The translations under genes were made by a program, and so were the position numbers. Of a DNA stretch of 41,952 nucleotides, positions 19,370 through 27,894 are shown one piece after another. The notes beneath the pieces are model-generated. The model was not told where the DNA came from, ran no database searches, and worked only from the letters and a program-made list of their open reading frames with translations. Every line of letters begins with the position of its first letter. The stretch's first letter is position 1. The DNA lies in the IMG/VR virus record IMGVR_UViG_3300005326_000711, positions 1 to 41,952 of that record; one strand, 5' to 3'. The DNA comes from a virus. Taxonomy: Duplodnaviria; Caudoviricetes.

Positions 19370-19701
19370 AGATCCTTTAAGAATTTATCAAGCTCGTCAT
19401 CTTCATCGCCACTGTTTTTACCCATGATTGCACTTATTGTTTTAAGAGTTGATGAGAAAGAAGAAACCAATTTTGTGTAATACTTTGCTGGTTCACTTTG
19501 GCGTTGTTTTCCACTTGTCGACACTTGAACAGCACCATACTGGTGTATCTGTTCTTTTAGAATTTCCAATTCCATCTTCATGAATGCAGCTTGTTGAAGT
19601 AATTCTTCTACCAGAGTTCGTTTTCCTGAATCTAAACTATCCAAAGCAAAAAGGCTTGAAAGCCTCTTATATTCATCATAGACACAACTGATTTTACTCA
19701 T
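19366..19701 (-). CDS. terS: Terminase small subunit (P27-like)
   Basis: Directly upstream of terL; AAFM..L..L...I..YG, Q.SEPA..Y, DELDKF; ATG 19701 preferred (SD upstream). Confidence 0.8.
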   Translation of the reverse strand: MSKISCVYDEYKRLSSLFALDSLDSGKRTLVEELLQQAAFMKMELEILKEQIHQYGAVQVSTSGKQRQSEPAKYYTKLVSSFSSTLKTISAIMGKNSGDEDDELDKFLKDL

Positions 19702-20113
19702 AACTCTGTTCCTCAAATATTCTTTCTGGGCATAGTAATACATTCCCAAGTAATCCGATTCCAGTTAAAGCACGGAATGATTCGTTTCGCTTTTTATGCT
19801 TAAGCATTCCTTCTTCATCACATATGATTAAGTGATCACGATATCTAGCTGGATAGAGTTCAATATATCCCTCTACAAGACTTTGAAGTTCGCTCAGTGT
19901 GAAGTACTCATTCTTTGGTGTAATCGTTGTCACGGTTCCGTTTTCACGGAATAGAATGGCATTCTTCGGTTCTTTGGTGATTTGATATATCCTAAGTGGA
20001 ACTACATAGTTTTGATTACATTCATCACAACATGTTTCACCACTAAATGGCGATGGATTATTTCCATGTCCATCAAACTGTTTTTTGCATATTGAACATT
20101 TTTTCATTTTCAA
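19694..20113 (-). CDS. Zinc-finger plus DUF3846-like protein
   Basis: CSIC...GNNP.P...CCDECN, then LSELQSLVEGYIE and ICDEEG...N motifs. Confidence 0.65.
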   Translation of the reverse strand: MKMKKCSICKKQFDGHGNNPSPFSGETCCDECNQNYVVPLRIYQITKEPKNAILFRENGTVTTITPKNEYFTLSELQSLVEGYIELYPARYRDHLIICDEEGMLKHKKRNESFRALTGIGLLGNVLLCPERIFEEQSYE

Positions 20114-20356
20114 TCACTCCAATTCTTTCTGGATACTTTGTATCTAACAACACAAATACCACAAAGATTTTAAATATCCAGTGTTAAGCGAAATTACCGG
20201 CATAAGCGAACCTCCACCAGGCGATTTGAAGTCTACAAGATGGAGGTGAAGCGTAACCTGTAACGTAGTCTCATATCAAGATCACCTTGTTTAAGGGGTC
20301 AAAATCAATGAGTGTCGTTTCCGTTTCGACTTTTGATAGTTCACTATCTGTTTTTG

Positions 20357-20405
20357 ATTGTACCAATGAAGTTCAATTTATTTAGGGGTCAAACTGATGA
20401 CTTGT
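20357..20405 (-). promoter_or_regulatory. Repeated phage promoter motif, copy 2 (upstream of the terminase region)
   Basis: Identical 27-mer at 20379-20405, N16, then TACAAT at 20357-20362. Confidence 0.7.
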
Positions 20406-20419
20406 TGTAATTTTCTCTA

Positions 20420-20570
20420 CGCGCATGTAGGGGGTGCAAGTGTTTGTTCTCCAAAAGTAAAAAAAATCTCAGAATTAAATCCGAGATTTTCAAAAATTAG
20501 GGTCACGTATTTTAGATGTGGGGCTTGCGGTCGTGGTAGTTTTTATCAAATTATTGATGTGGGGGGATAC
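20420..20570. other. Probable cos/packaging-site region
   Basis: GC-rich non-coding patch with C/G runs between the HNH genes and terS, the usual position of cos in HNH-terS-terL phages; exact cut site not determinable. Confidence 0.4.
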
Positions 20571-21858
20571 TTTTAAAAATTCTAACCCCATCTTTTAGGG
20601 TGCCTAAGAAACTTTGAAACTTTAATCCAACAACATTATTGTTCCAAAAAGTTATAGCATCTCTGTTTTCTTGTGCTTTATTTAGCCACAGAGATAAGTT
20701 ATCTACAAATTGCATATCATGGTTGTAACCTAATTTTGAAACATAAAATAATAGAATTAATGTCATAATCTTTCTGTTCTCTTGATAATTAACTAAATCA
20801 TAGTAATAGTAAATATCCATATTCAAGAAATTATCATTCTCAAGTTTGTTAATTAGATGTACCATCTCTTCATATGATAAGATTAATCCTTCTAGAAGAC
20901 GTTCCATCCTTTTAGCCCATTTCAAAGCAGTTTGAATGTTTATTTCGCTTCGCTTAATAGTTCTAGGTTGTGGGAAATAGTTATTAATTACTTTTTTCAC
21001 TTTTAAACTTTTTTTGTCAAAATCTATTGCATAGGCATTACTTTTACTCACTTTAATTGTTTTATCCAAAGAATACTGGTGTATTTCATCCAGTTTTGCT
21101 ATGGAATGAAAATCCTTACAAATTTTTACTTTATACCAAACTGCTCCAAATAAAGTGAAAAGAACAAATCTTGCCCCGTCACTAACATATTCATATAATG
21201 CATGAGATCCTTCAATATAGTTCAACATGTGTATTGTATGTTCTTCAAAAAAAGAGTCATCAACTATTTTTATAGGACTTTTGCCAGATCCAGTTATATA
21301 ATTTAAAATACTGGAATACCTATTATTAACACCATTTATATTGTTTTGTTGACAATGCCACTCATAACAGATTTTTGCAATTGTTTTAAATGTTGTATTT
21401 GAAGTAAAGAGTTCTTTATAATTTTCGGGTCTAGAATATGCTATTTTAGGATTTATCAACTTTGTGTACTTTGGATCAGCATTTTTTATTCTAACAATGT
21501 TTCCCTTGTCATCCAAATCAAAATTATTAAGTAGAAAATCTTTATATGTCGTGAATTTCAGAGAATAGTCAGGTTTTGATTTCAAACTTGGTTTTCTATT
21601 GACAAATATTCCGACTTCGTATGAAATAGGCTTGTTATTCCTTCTGTTAGTGTAACCTAGTCTATTTCTAAAAAATGCAAACGAATTTGCAAATTTATTC
21701 TCAAATTTACTATTTGTTTTGTTATTACATTTCTTACATACATTTTTTTGCTTCAATTTAGCAGTCGTTATAGAGTCTGGAATTATATCAGATACTGATA
21801 AGTCTTCTATTGAGTCGCAATATATACATCTCGTTTGTTCATTCATAATTATCACCAA
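20551..21858 (-). CDS. HNH-endonuclease-domain accessory protein
   Basis: N-terminal CIYC...SDIIP..I...VCKKCN (HNH_5-like, with Asp where His is usual); AKI.YE motif; AT-rich; own extended -10. Confidence 0.65.
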   Translation of the reverse strand: MVIIMNEQTRCIYCDSIEDLSVSDIIPDSITTAKLKQKNVCKKCNNKTNSKFENKFANSFAFFRNRLGYTNRRNNKPISYEVGIFVNRKPSLKSKPDYSLKFTTYKDFLLNNFDLDDKGNIVRIKNADPKYTKLINPKIAYSRPENYKELFTSNTTFKTIAKICYEWHCQQNNINGVNNRYSSILNYITGSGKSPIKIVDDSFFEEHTIHMLNYIEGSHALYEYVSDGARFVLFTLFGAVWYKVKICKDFHSIAKLDEIHQYSLDKTIKVSKSNAYAIDFDKKSLKVKKVINNYFPQPRTIKRSEINIQTALKWAKRMERLLEGLILSYEEMVHLINKLENDNFLNMDIYYYYDLVNYQENRKIMTLILLFYVSKLGYNHDMQFVDNLSLWLNKAQENRDAITFWNNNVVGLKFQSFLGTLKDGVRIFKSIPPHQ

Positions 21859-21873
21859 CTACCGTTTATAGTA

Positions 21874-21882
21874 ATTATACCA
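21874..21882 (-). promoter_or_regulatory. Extended -10 promoter (TGgTATAAT) for the 435-aa HNH gene
   Basis: Perfect TGnTATAAT about 20-30 bp upstream of the start. Confidence 0.55.
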
Positions 21883-21890
21883 TTTGTGGT

Positions 21891-22175
21891 TCAGTAGGGC
21901 TTAATGTTTCCAAAAATATCAAACTTTATATTTGTTTTCTTGAATCTACCATGCTCTTTATTATGACAATCCTTGCATAGAGCTATAAGATTCTTCATAT
22001 TCAATGTAATCATTGGATTTGTTATGTTGGACTCATTCAACACAATAATGTGATGAACTTCTTCTGCAATATTACCGCATTTTTCACATCGATAATTGGC
22101 TTCAAGCATCTTCAATTTACGAACATTCCTCCATTCTTTGGAATCGTAAAATGGCTTAATTGATTTTGATGACAT
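21891..22175 (-). CDS. Terminase-associated HNH endonuclease
   Basis: FYDSKEWR, CEKC, EVHHI, NLIALCKDCHNKEH. Confidence 0.9.
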   Translation of the reverse strand: MSSKSIKPFYDSKEWRNVRKLKMLEANYRCEKCGNIAEEVHHIIVLNESNITNPMITLNMKNLIALCKDCHNKEHGRFKKTNIKFDIFGNIKPY

Positions 22176-23274
22176 TAGCTTCTTTCTTTATAGCTTTAAT
22201 TAATTCGTCGCTGATTGATTCCCATGGATAACTTAAGTATCCAAAATGACCATATTCTGCAAGTGATGGATAAGACTGTTGCTTGAGTTTGAGTTCTTTG
22301 ATGATGTTTGATGGTGAAAAGTCGAATATGCGATTCACGATAGTTCTCAACTGATCGTTGCTAATAAAACTTCCTCTCGCTTTAACATCAATGGACACAG
22401 GAAAGGGGATACCAATTGCATATGCAACTGATACTTCACAAGCATTTGCTAATCCACTCTTTACAATTGCTTTGGCAATGTATCGGCAATAATAAGCACC
22501 GCTTCTATCTACTTTTGTATAATCTTTTCCAGAGAATGCACCTCCACCATGTGGAACAATTGTTCCATAGGTATCGACTTGTAGTTTTCTACCGGTAACC
22601 CCACTATCTGCATCTGAGCCACCTTTTACAAATTCGCCGGTAGGGTTAATGAGTATCAGTGTATTAACATCTACCAAGTCTGATGGTAATACTTCTTCTA
22701 CGACATAATGGATGAATTTTTCATAAACACTTCTTTCAACACCTGGTTTTGTTTGAGCACTAACAACAACTGTAGTTATATGCTTTGGCTTGTCCTTTTC
22801 ATAAGCAATACTAACTTGACACTTACCATCTAATCCAAACACATCTGGATTTTCTCGGTTTATAACATCCATATTTCTAGCGATATTTCTTGCCAAGACA
22901 TATGAGAGTGGTAGAAACTCTTTCGTTTCATTTGTCGCATACCCATACATAATTCCTTGGTCACCTGCTCCAAGTTTATCTACACCACGACTGATGTCTT
23001 TTGATTGTTCAGAGACTTTGACTAGTACTTCAAAATCATCTGCATTTAAGCCTATGTGATTTAATACTTTTCTTGCAGTTACTTCATAGTCAATTTGATC
23101 GTTTGAAGTCACTTCTCCGGCTACAACTAACAAGTTGTCTTTAATCAAACATTCAATCGCAACTCTTGAATCCTTGTCTTTTACTAAAAGTGCATCAAGG
23201 ATTCCATCAGATACTTGATCACAAATCTTATCAGGATGTGCTCTAAACACAGCTTCACTTGTGCTAATTCTCAT
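22156..23274 (-). CDS. metK: S-adenosylmethionine synthetase (phage-encoded)
   Basis: TSE.V...HPDK, GAGDQG, NPTG.F, TGRK, HGGGAFSGKD.TKVDRS, YGHFG; ATG 23274 preferred. Confidence 0.95.
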   Translation of the reverse strand: MRISTSEAVFRAHPDKICDQVSDGILDALLVKDKDSRVAIECLIKDNLLVVAGEVTSNDQIDYEVTARKVLNHIGLNADDFEVLVKVSEQSKDISRGVDKLGAGDQGIMYGYATNETKEFLPLSYVLARNIARNMDVINRENPDVFGLDGKCQVSIAYEKDKPKHITTVVVSAQTKPGVERSVYEKFIHYVVEEVLPSDLVDVNTLILINPTGEFVKGGSDADSGVTGRKLQVDTYGTIVPHGGGAFSGKDYTKVDRSGAYYCRYIAKAIVKSGLANACEVSVAYAIGIPFPVSIDVKARGSFISNDQLRTIVNRIFDFSPSNIIKELKLKQQSYPSLAEYGHFGYLSYPWESISDELIKAIKKEANVIKIN

Positions 23275-24619
23275 ATTCTTCTCCATTTTCATTAAATATT
23301 TCTATGTCAATCAGTGGAATTTTTTGTCCATCCCGTATGAGGTAACAATCTTCGATGTTTCCACCATCTGACAAGTAGCGTTTAACGATGACATCCACAT
23401 AGATTCTGGATAGTTCCATTAAGTAACATTTTCTACCCAACTGATTTGCTGCAATCAACGTTGAACCACTTCCCCCAAACGGATCCATAACTAACTCACT
23501 CTTTTTACTAGAGTTTTTTATGAGTGTGCCAATTAAGTTGATTGGTTTCATCGTAGGATGCAAATCACATCGTGCCGGTTTATTTTCGTTGATAACACTA
23601 TATTTTGCAGATGCATACATATCTTCAAGGAGCGTGACAAGTTCTTCTTTTTTCATAGATTTGAAGTCAAGCATTGGTGCATCAATTACGGTTGTCAGAG
23701 TTCTGTCATCAATAAAGTAATGTGCATTTCCTTCTTTAAATGAATAATAGATAGCCTCATGTTTCCATTGATAATCTTGTCGACCGAGTACGAATGTATT
23801 TTTGTTCCAAATTAATTGCTGTCTAGGTTTAAGATTCACTTCTCTTAATGCTAGTTCAAACTCAACCAAGGATGATGATGAATGAAACACGTAAACTGCT
23901 CCACCTTTTTTTAAATGGTTTTCCATATTCGAGAAAGCCATAGTTAAGAACTTGATGAAATCGTTACTTTCCATATGATCATTTAGAATACGTCGGTTAT
24001 CGAACGCTTCTATCACATCCCCTTTCGAGCCAACATCAACATTGTAAGGTGGATCAGTCACTACTAAATCTATTGACTCGTTATCTAGAAGAGTTTTAAA
24101 GTCACTATCTTTAGTGGAATCTCCGCAAAGCAATCGATGTTGTCCAAGAAGAAATAAATCTCCCATTTGACTAAATGGTTCATCAGTTACTTCATCATCA
24201 ATGTCAAAATCATCTTCATGTGTTTCTTCACTAGTTTCATTGATTTGATGTTCAAATCCAAATAGTGACATATCTAAATCAAGTCCTGCAAGTTCCTCGT
24301 TCAATTTTTCAATATCCCAGGTTGCTAGTTCACTGGTTTTGTTATCAACCAAGCGAAATGCTTTAATCTGTTCTTCAGATAAGTCATCGGCGATAATACA
24401 TGGTACTTCAGTTAAACCCAATCGATGGCTCGCTTTATACCTCGTGTGACCTGCGATGATGACATTATTGCTATCAACGATGATTGGAACTTTAAATCCG
24501 AACTCTAAAATTGAATTTGCGACTGCTTCAACTGCATCTTCATTGTTCCTAGGATTATTCTCATATTCCCTTAAATCACTTATCTTCTTGTAGATAATCT
24601 CCATTGATCCATTCTTCAT
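23264..24619 (-). CDS. ParB-domain plus N6-adenine/N4-cytosine DNA methyltransferase
   Basis: ParB N-terminus (NNPR...FGF..PI...IIAGHTR), HRLLCGDST, TDPPY, HPTMKP, DPFGGSGST. Confidence 0.92.
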   Translation of the reverse strand: MKNGSMEIIYKKISDLREYENNPRNNEDAVEAVANSILEFGFKVPIIVDSNNVIIAGHTRYKASHRLGLTEVPCIIADDLSEEQIKAFRLVDNKTSELATWDIEKLNEELAGLDLDMSLFGFEHQINETSEETHEDDFDIDDEVTDEPFSQMGDLFLLGQHRLLCGDSTKDSDFKTLLDNESIDLVVTDPPYNVDVGSKGDVIEAFDNRRILNDHMESNDFIKFLTMAFSNMENHLKKGGAVYVFHSSSSLVEFELALREVNLKPRQQLIWNKNTFVLGRQDYQWKHEAIYYSFKEGNAHYFIDDRTLTTVIDAPMLDFKSMKKEELVTLLEDMYASAKYSVINENKPARCDLHPTMKPINLIGTLIKNSSKKSELVMDPFGGSGSTLIAANQLGRKCYLMELSRIYVDVIVKRYLSDGGNIEDCYLIRDGQKIPLIDIEIFNENGEEYEN

Positions 24620-25052
24620 TGAGTTTCTCCATTCTCTTTTCTGCTAATTCAAGTTCAAGTTTTTTATCACTATATTCCCTACCAAAGTGGATAGTTAGCA
24701 AATACTTCGCTGCACCAACATCTGGTGGAACATCCTTAATGTGTTTGATAATTCTTTTTTTAGTGCCACGTACTGTTTCTTCAATATATTGGTCTTCATC
24801 GGTTGATTTGAACCCAATTGCACGTTTGACAATGGCATCCATTATCAATCCTTTAAAACGTTCTTTACCTTCCTCATAAGCTTCTTTCATATCTGAATGC
24901 TTATTCTTAAGGGATTGGAATGATCGCTTACTGATACCTAGCGCAATTGATACCATCTCTTCATTTGCACCAGTACTTGCTAATTTTTTGATTAAATCGA
25001 TTTTGCTCTTAAGTTCATTTTTATCCTTCCACTCATGATAGATATTTTTCAT
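24576..25052 (-). CDS. HTH protein resembling a phage terminase small subunit family
   Basis: HTH (ALGISKRSF), then KRAIG and K.VPPDV.A..Y.L. Confidence 0.55.
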   Translation of the reverse strand: MKNIYHEWKDKNELKSKIDLIKKLASTGANEEMVSIALGISKRSFQSLKNKHSDMKEAYEEGKERFKGLIMDAIVKRAIGFKSTDEDQYIEETVRGTKKRIIKHIKDVPPDVGAAKYLLTIHFGREYSDKKLELELAEKRMEKLNEEWINGDYLQEDK

Positions 25053-25142
25053 ATGACTGGTGTTAGCCTCCTTATTGGAAGTTGAACACTACGAATTCTC
25101 GCAAGGATTTAATCCCTAGGTTTTATAACCAGTATCCATAAA

Positions 25143-25172
25143 GAAAAAACCACGACAGTTTCCTTTCGTGGT
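25143..25172 (-). terminator. Rho-independent terminator overlapping the start site of motif promoter copy 3
   Basis: Minus strand ACCACGA-aaggaaactg-TCGTGGT followed by TTTTT. Confidence 0.65.
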
Positions 25173-25174
25173 CT

Positions 25175-25223
25175 ATTGTATCTTTAAAGATGGAATTATT
25201 TAGGGGTCAAACTGATGACTTGT
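25175..25223 (-). promoter_or_regulatory. Repeated phage promoter motif, copy 3 (upstream of the HTH/MTase/metK operon)
   Basis: Identical 27-mer at 25197-25223, N16, then TACAAT at 25175-25180. Confidence 0.7.
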
Positions 25224-25263
25224 GTATTTAATTACACCAACTCATGTTTACAACTTGTCATTC

Positions 25264-25563
25264 TCAATCAAACATGACTTCAGGATTTAGGTCAGATGGA
25301 CTTTTCCAGTTAATTCCATAATCACGCTTTAGAACTCTCTTCTGCATTCTCCATATAATGTGACAAAAGCCAAGAAGATGTCCTGTTGCATAATGCAATT
25401 CATCTAGTGTCATGTTTTCGTGTTCAGATGTCAGTTTTAATTCTTTACAAATCTCTCTTACAATTTTCGGTTCTAATTCACTCCAAAGAAGTTCAACTTT
25501 TTTCTCAATTTCATCATAATCGTATGGTTTTTGCATTTTTGTCACCTTTTTGTTTTGCTTCAT
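25264..25563 (-). CDS. Conserved-looking hypothetical protein
   Basis: 99 aa (start may be 25536); C-terminal LGFCHIIW...K..LK..YGI.WKSP..LNP...FD. Confidence 0.6.
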   Translation of the reverse strand: MKQNKKVTKMQKPYDYDEIEKKVELLWSELEPKIVREICKELKLTSEHENMTLDELHYATGHLLGFCHIIWRMQKRVLKRDYGINWKSPSDLNPEVMFD

Positions 25564-25960
25564 TAATCATATCTTCGATTAATTTATCACTAAAAGCGGT
25601 AGCATCCTTTTCAATTTCTTGATTAAGATATTGATCATGTCCTGGTCTTTTGTAATCATCGAACTCTTTTAACCATACTTCTACGACCTTAGGGTCATGA
25701 TATATGAGATCAGGAAAATCAATACAAGCTCTTTGGTATGCATGTCTAGTTTCGTGAAATGCACATTTGAGTATTTCAAGTTCGTTTGCAGTTTCTAGCC
25801 AATCACTACTGATAACGACATAATATCCTTCTGCAAGGAATGAAGCATTCGTTTGATCGCATTTAAAGAATGCTTGTGGTTTGAAGTGTACTTCGATTTC
25901 TGATAATCCAAGTCTTCTTGATGCATATTCAACACCAAATTTAGCTATTTTTTCTTTCAT
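25514..25960 (-). CDS. Zincin-like metallopeptidase
   Basis: HETRHAYQ (HExxH) with a downstream Q.IE.DA third ligand. Confidence 0.7.
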   Translation of the reverse strand: MKEKIAKFGVEYASRRLGLSEIEVHFKPQAFFKCDQTNASFLAEGYYVVISSDWLETANELEILKCAFHETRHAYQRACIDFPDLIYHDPKVVEVWLKEFDDYKRPGHDQYLNQEIEKDATAFSDKLIEDMINEAKQKGDKNAKTIRL

Positions 25961-26029
25961 CTAGTCACCAAATTCATAGATTTTATGTTCCCGTTCACTG
26001 TGTTTTTTGCTATGTGATTGACATAACCC

Positions 26030-26101
26030 TATTTTGTCCTACAAAAGGTATATAAAGGGTAGGCTATGTCCTATAAAGGGTATGTTTACGTTGCCGTTCA
26101 C
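26030..26101. repeat. 72-bp direct repeat, copy A
   Basis: 64/72 identical to 35188-35259; contains internal TGTCCTAYAAARGGTAT sub-repeats. Confidence 0.9.
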
Positions 26102-26124
26102 ACCTATTATCGGACATAATATTA

Positions 26125-27537
26125 TTAGCAACTATAATCAGAATATTTTAGTTGCTTTTTGAAGTCCACAAATAAATCTAGATAAGTACCTAACTGATGA
26201 GATTCTTTCAAATATACATCCATTCTTTTCAACCTAGATAAAGCGTTAGACATGTCTTGTTTTCTATCAATGTTGCTGAAATAATAGTTTGGTGTATCAT
26301 TTTTATATATAACATTTATCCTTTTTATTGACTCGATTGCATGGTGTATTTGGTCGTTAGAAAAATCACGATCTAACAGAAATTGTTTATAACTTATTAT
26401 TTCCTTCTTCCAAATCATTTTGCTAATGTCTCTTGGTTCTAGTGCTGACGGATAGTGTACTAAAACATATGTATCAATCTTTTCATCATTCGGTAGTAAT
26501 TCAACTAAATCCAAGATTTGCCACCACATATGTAATGCAGTATGGTTTCCATTTATGTATAAGTCATATTTAAAGGGTCCTAAATAGTTAGTCTTTTTAT
26601 CCTTTGAAAAAACCATTTGCTTAGACCATGATGACTTAATGTTTAAAAATCCATCATCTAAGTATCCTAACTTATCTATAATCCATTCAGTAAAGTCTGT
26701 CATTAGACTTTTCCAACTACTTCCATTCCATTCAAAGTCTAGACATTTAAAAAATGTCGGAGTTCCACCACTGTTTATCCAATTTACTTTTCTATCTCTG
26801 AATTTATATAAATAGTTTCTTTCATTTGATTTGATAACCAGATTATATTTGTCCATAACTAATATATCATTGGTATCATAAAATATATCATATGACATCT
26901 TACCTATGGATTCTTTACTGTCTTGGGAGATATTTGATGATCTAGCGTTTAACTCACTATCAGTTGGTATAGGTTGAACAAATTTTGATAATTTCATACC
27001 TTTCCCAATTTCCACCCAAAGACTATCTTTTCCAGTAGCCTTTACAGCAATATCCTTGGTTGAAACATTTTCGAGTTGAGAAGAGTACTTTATCCCAAAT
27101 AAATGAACCATGGTCATTTGATATCCCTGTGGAGCATTTTGATACATATCACGTAAAATATTAACGAGATTTTCATTGCCCTCGGCAGTACTAATATCAA
27201 AATTATTAACATTAAATTTTGAATCATATGCAATGTCTTCTAGATGACTTTGGTTTGAGTTTAAATAATCAACTAGAGACTCATAATCATGTGGTAGCAT
27301 TCTTAATAAATGATACTTTGAATCATAGTTCAGAGTATTAAATACACTGCATAAATGTAAAATATAACTTTCAACTTCGTTGAAATTATACTTATTTGCA
27401 CTATTTAGTCTATCTATTGTTAACTCAATCGAAATCGGGTCAAATTCTAATTTGATTAATTCGCTAAGTAGATCCAACAATATTTTTGAGTGCAAAATAG
27501 GGTTATTCCCCAAAAGTTCTTCAATTTTTGTCTTCAT
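26125..27537 (-). CDS. Hypothetical multidomain protein, last gene of the putative defence cassette
   Basis: About 470 aa; central HTH-like segment (MYQNAP...VHLFGIKY...EIGKGMKLSKFV); overlaps the upstream gene. Confidence 0.7.
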   Translation of the reverse strand: MKTKIEELLGNNPILHSKILLDLLSELIKLEFDPISIELTIDRLNSANKYNFNEVESYILHLCSVFNTLNYDSKYHLLRMLPHDYESLVDYLNSNQSHLEDIAYDSKFNVNNFDISTAEGNENLVNILRDMYQNAPQGYQMTMVHLFGIKYSSQLENVSTKDIAVKATGKDSLWVEIGKGMKLSKFVQPIPTDSELNARSSNISQDSKESIGKMSYDIFYDTNDILVMDKYNLVIKSNERNYLYKFRDRKVNWINSGGTPTFFKCLDFEWNGSSWKSLMTDFTEWIIDKLGYLDDGFLNIKSSWSKQMVFSKDKKTNYLGPFKYDLYINGNHTALHMWWQILDLVELLPNDEKIDTYVLVHYPSALEPRDISKMIWKKEIISYKQFLLDRDFSNDQIHHAIESIKRINVIYKNDTPNYYFSNIDRKQDMSNALSRLKRMDVYLKESHQLGTYLDLFVDFKKQLKYSDYSC

Positions 27538-27892
27538 TGAAAATATCTCCAATTAAGATTATGTCAGTATCTTTAATTTTGGTGTAAATAAAATCTAATC
27601 CTAAAATTATTAATGATCTCAATCCAATGCCCGCATCCTCAGGACACAAATCCATAGTTTTGATTATACTTCGAAAAAAAGTATCTGGATCTACAAGACT
27701 TGTATTCCATCTTGTATTCAGTTTTGAACCTATAGTCATTAGATTTTTACCTGCATAAAGTTTTCTTCTTAACGCTATTGATGCCGCTAAACGAGCTCCC
27801 TCTTGTAGTTCATCAATTAAACCATATGTTTTCATACGATCAAGGCAAATTAAGTTATCATCAGTAACGCCAATTTGTGCTAATTCAGGCAT
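27521..27892 (-). CDS. Small helical protein, possibly DndE-like
   Basis: 123 aa directly after the DndD-like ATPase; RLAASIAL...WN...DPD...LGL pattern. Call rests on size and position. Confidence 0.45.
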   Translation of the reverse strand: MPELAQIGVTDDNLICLDRMKTYGLIDELQEGARLAASIALRRKLYAGKNLMTIGSKLNTRWNTSLVDPDTFFRSIIKTMDLCPEDAGIGLRSLIILGLDFIYTKIKDTDIILIGDIFNEDKN

Positions 27893-27894
27893 GT

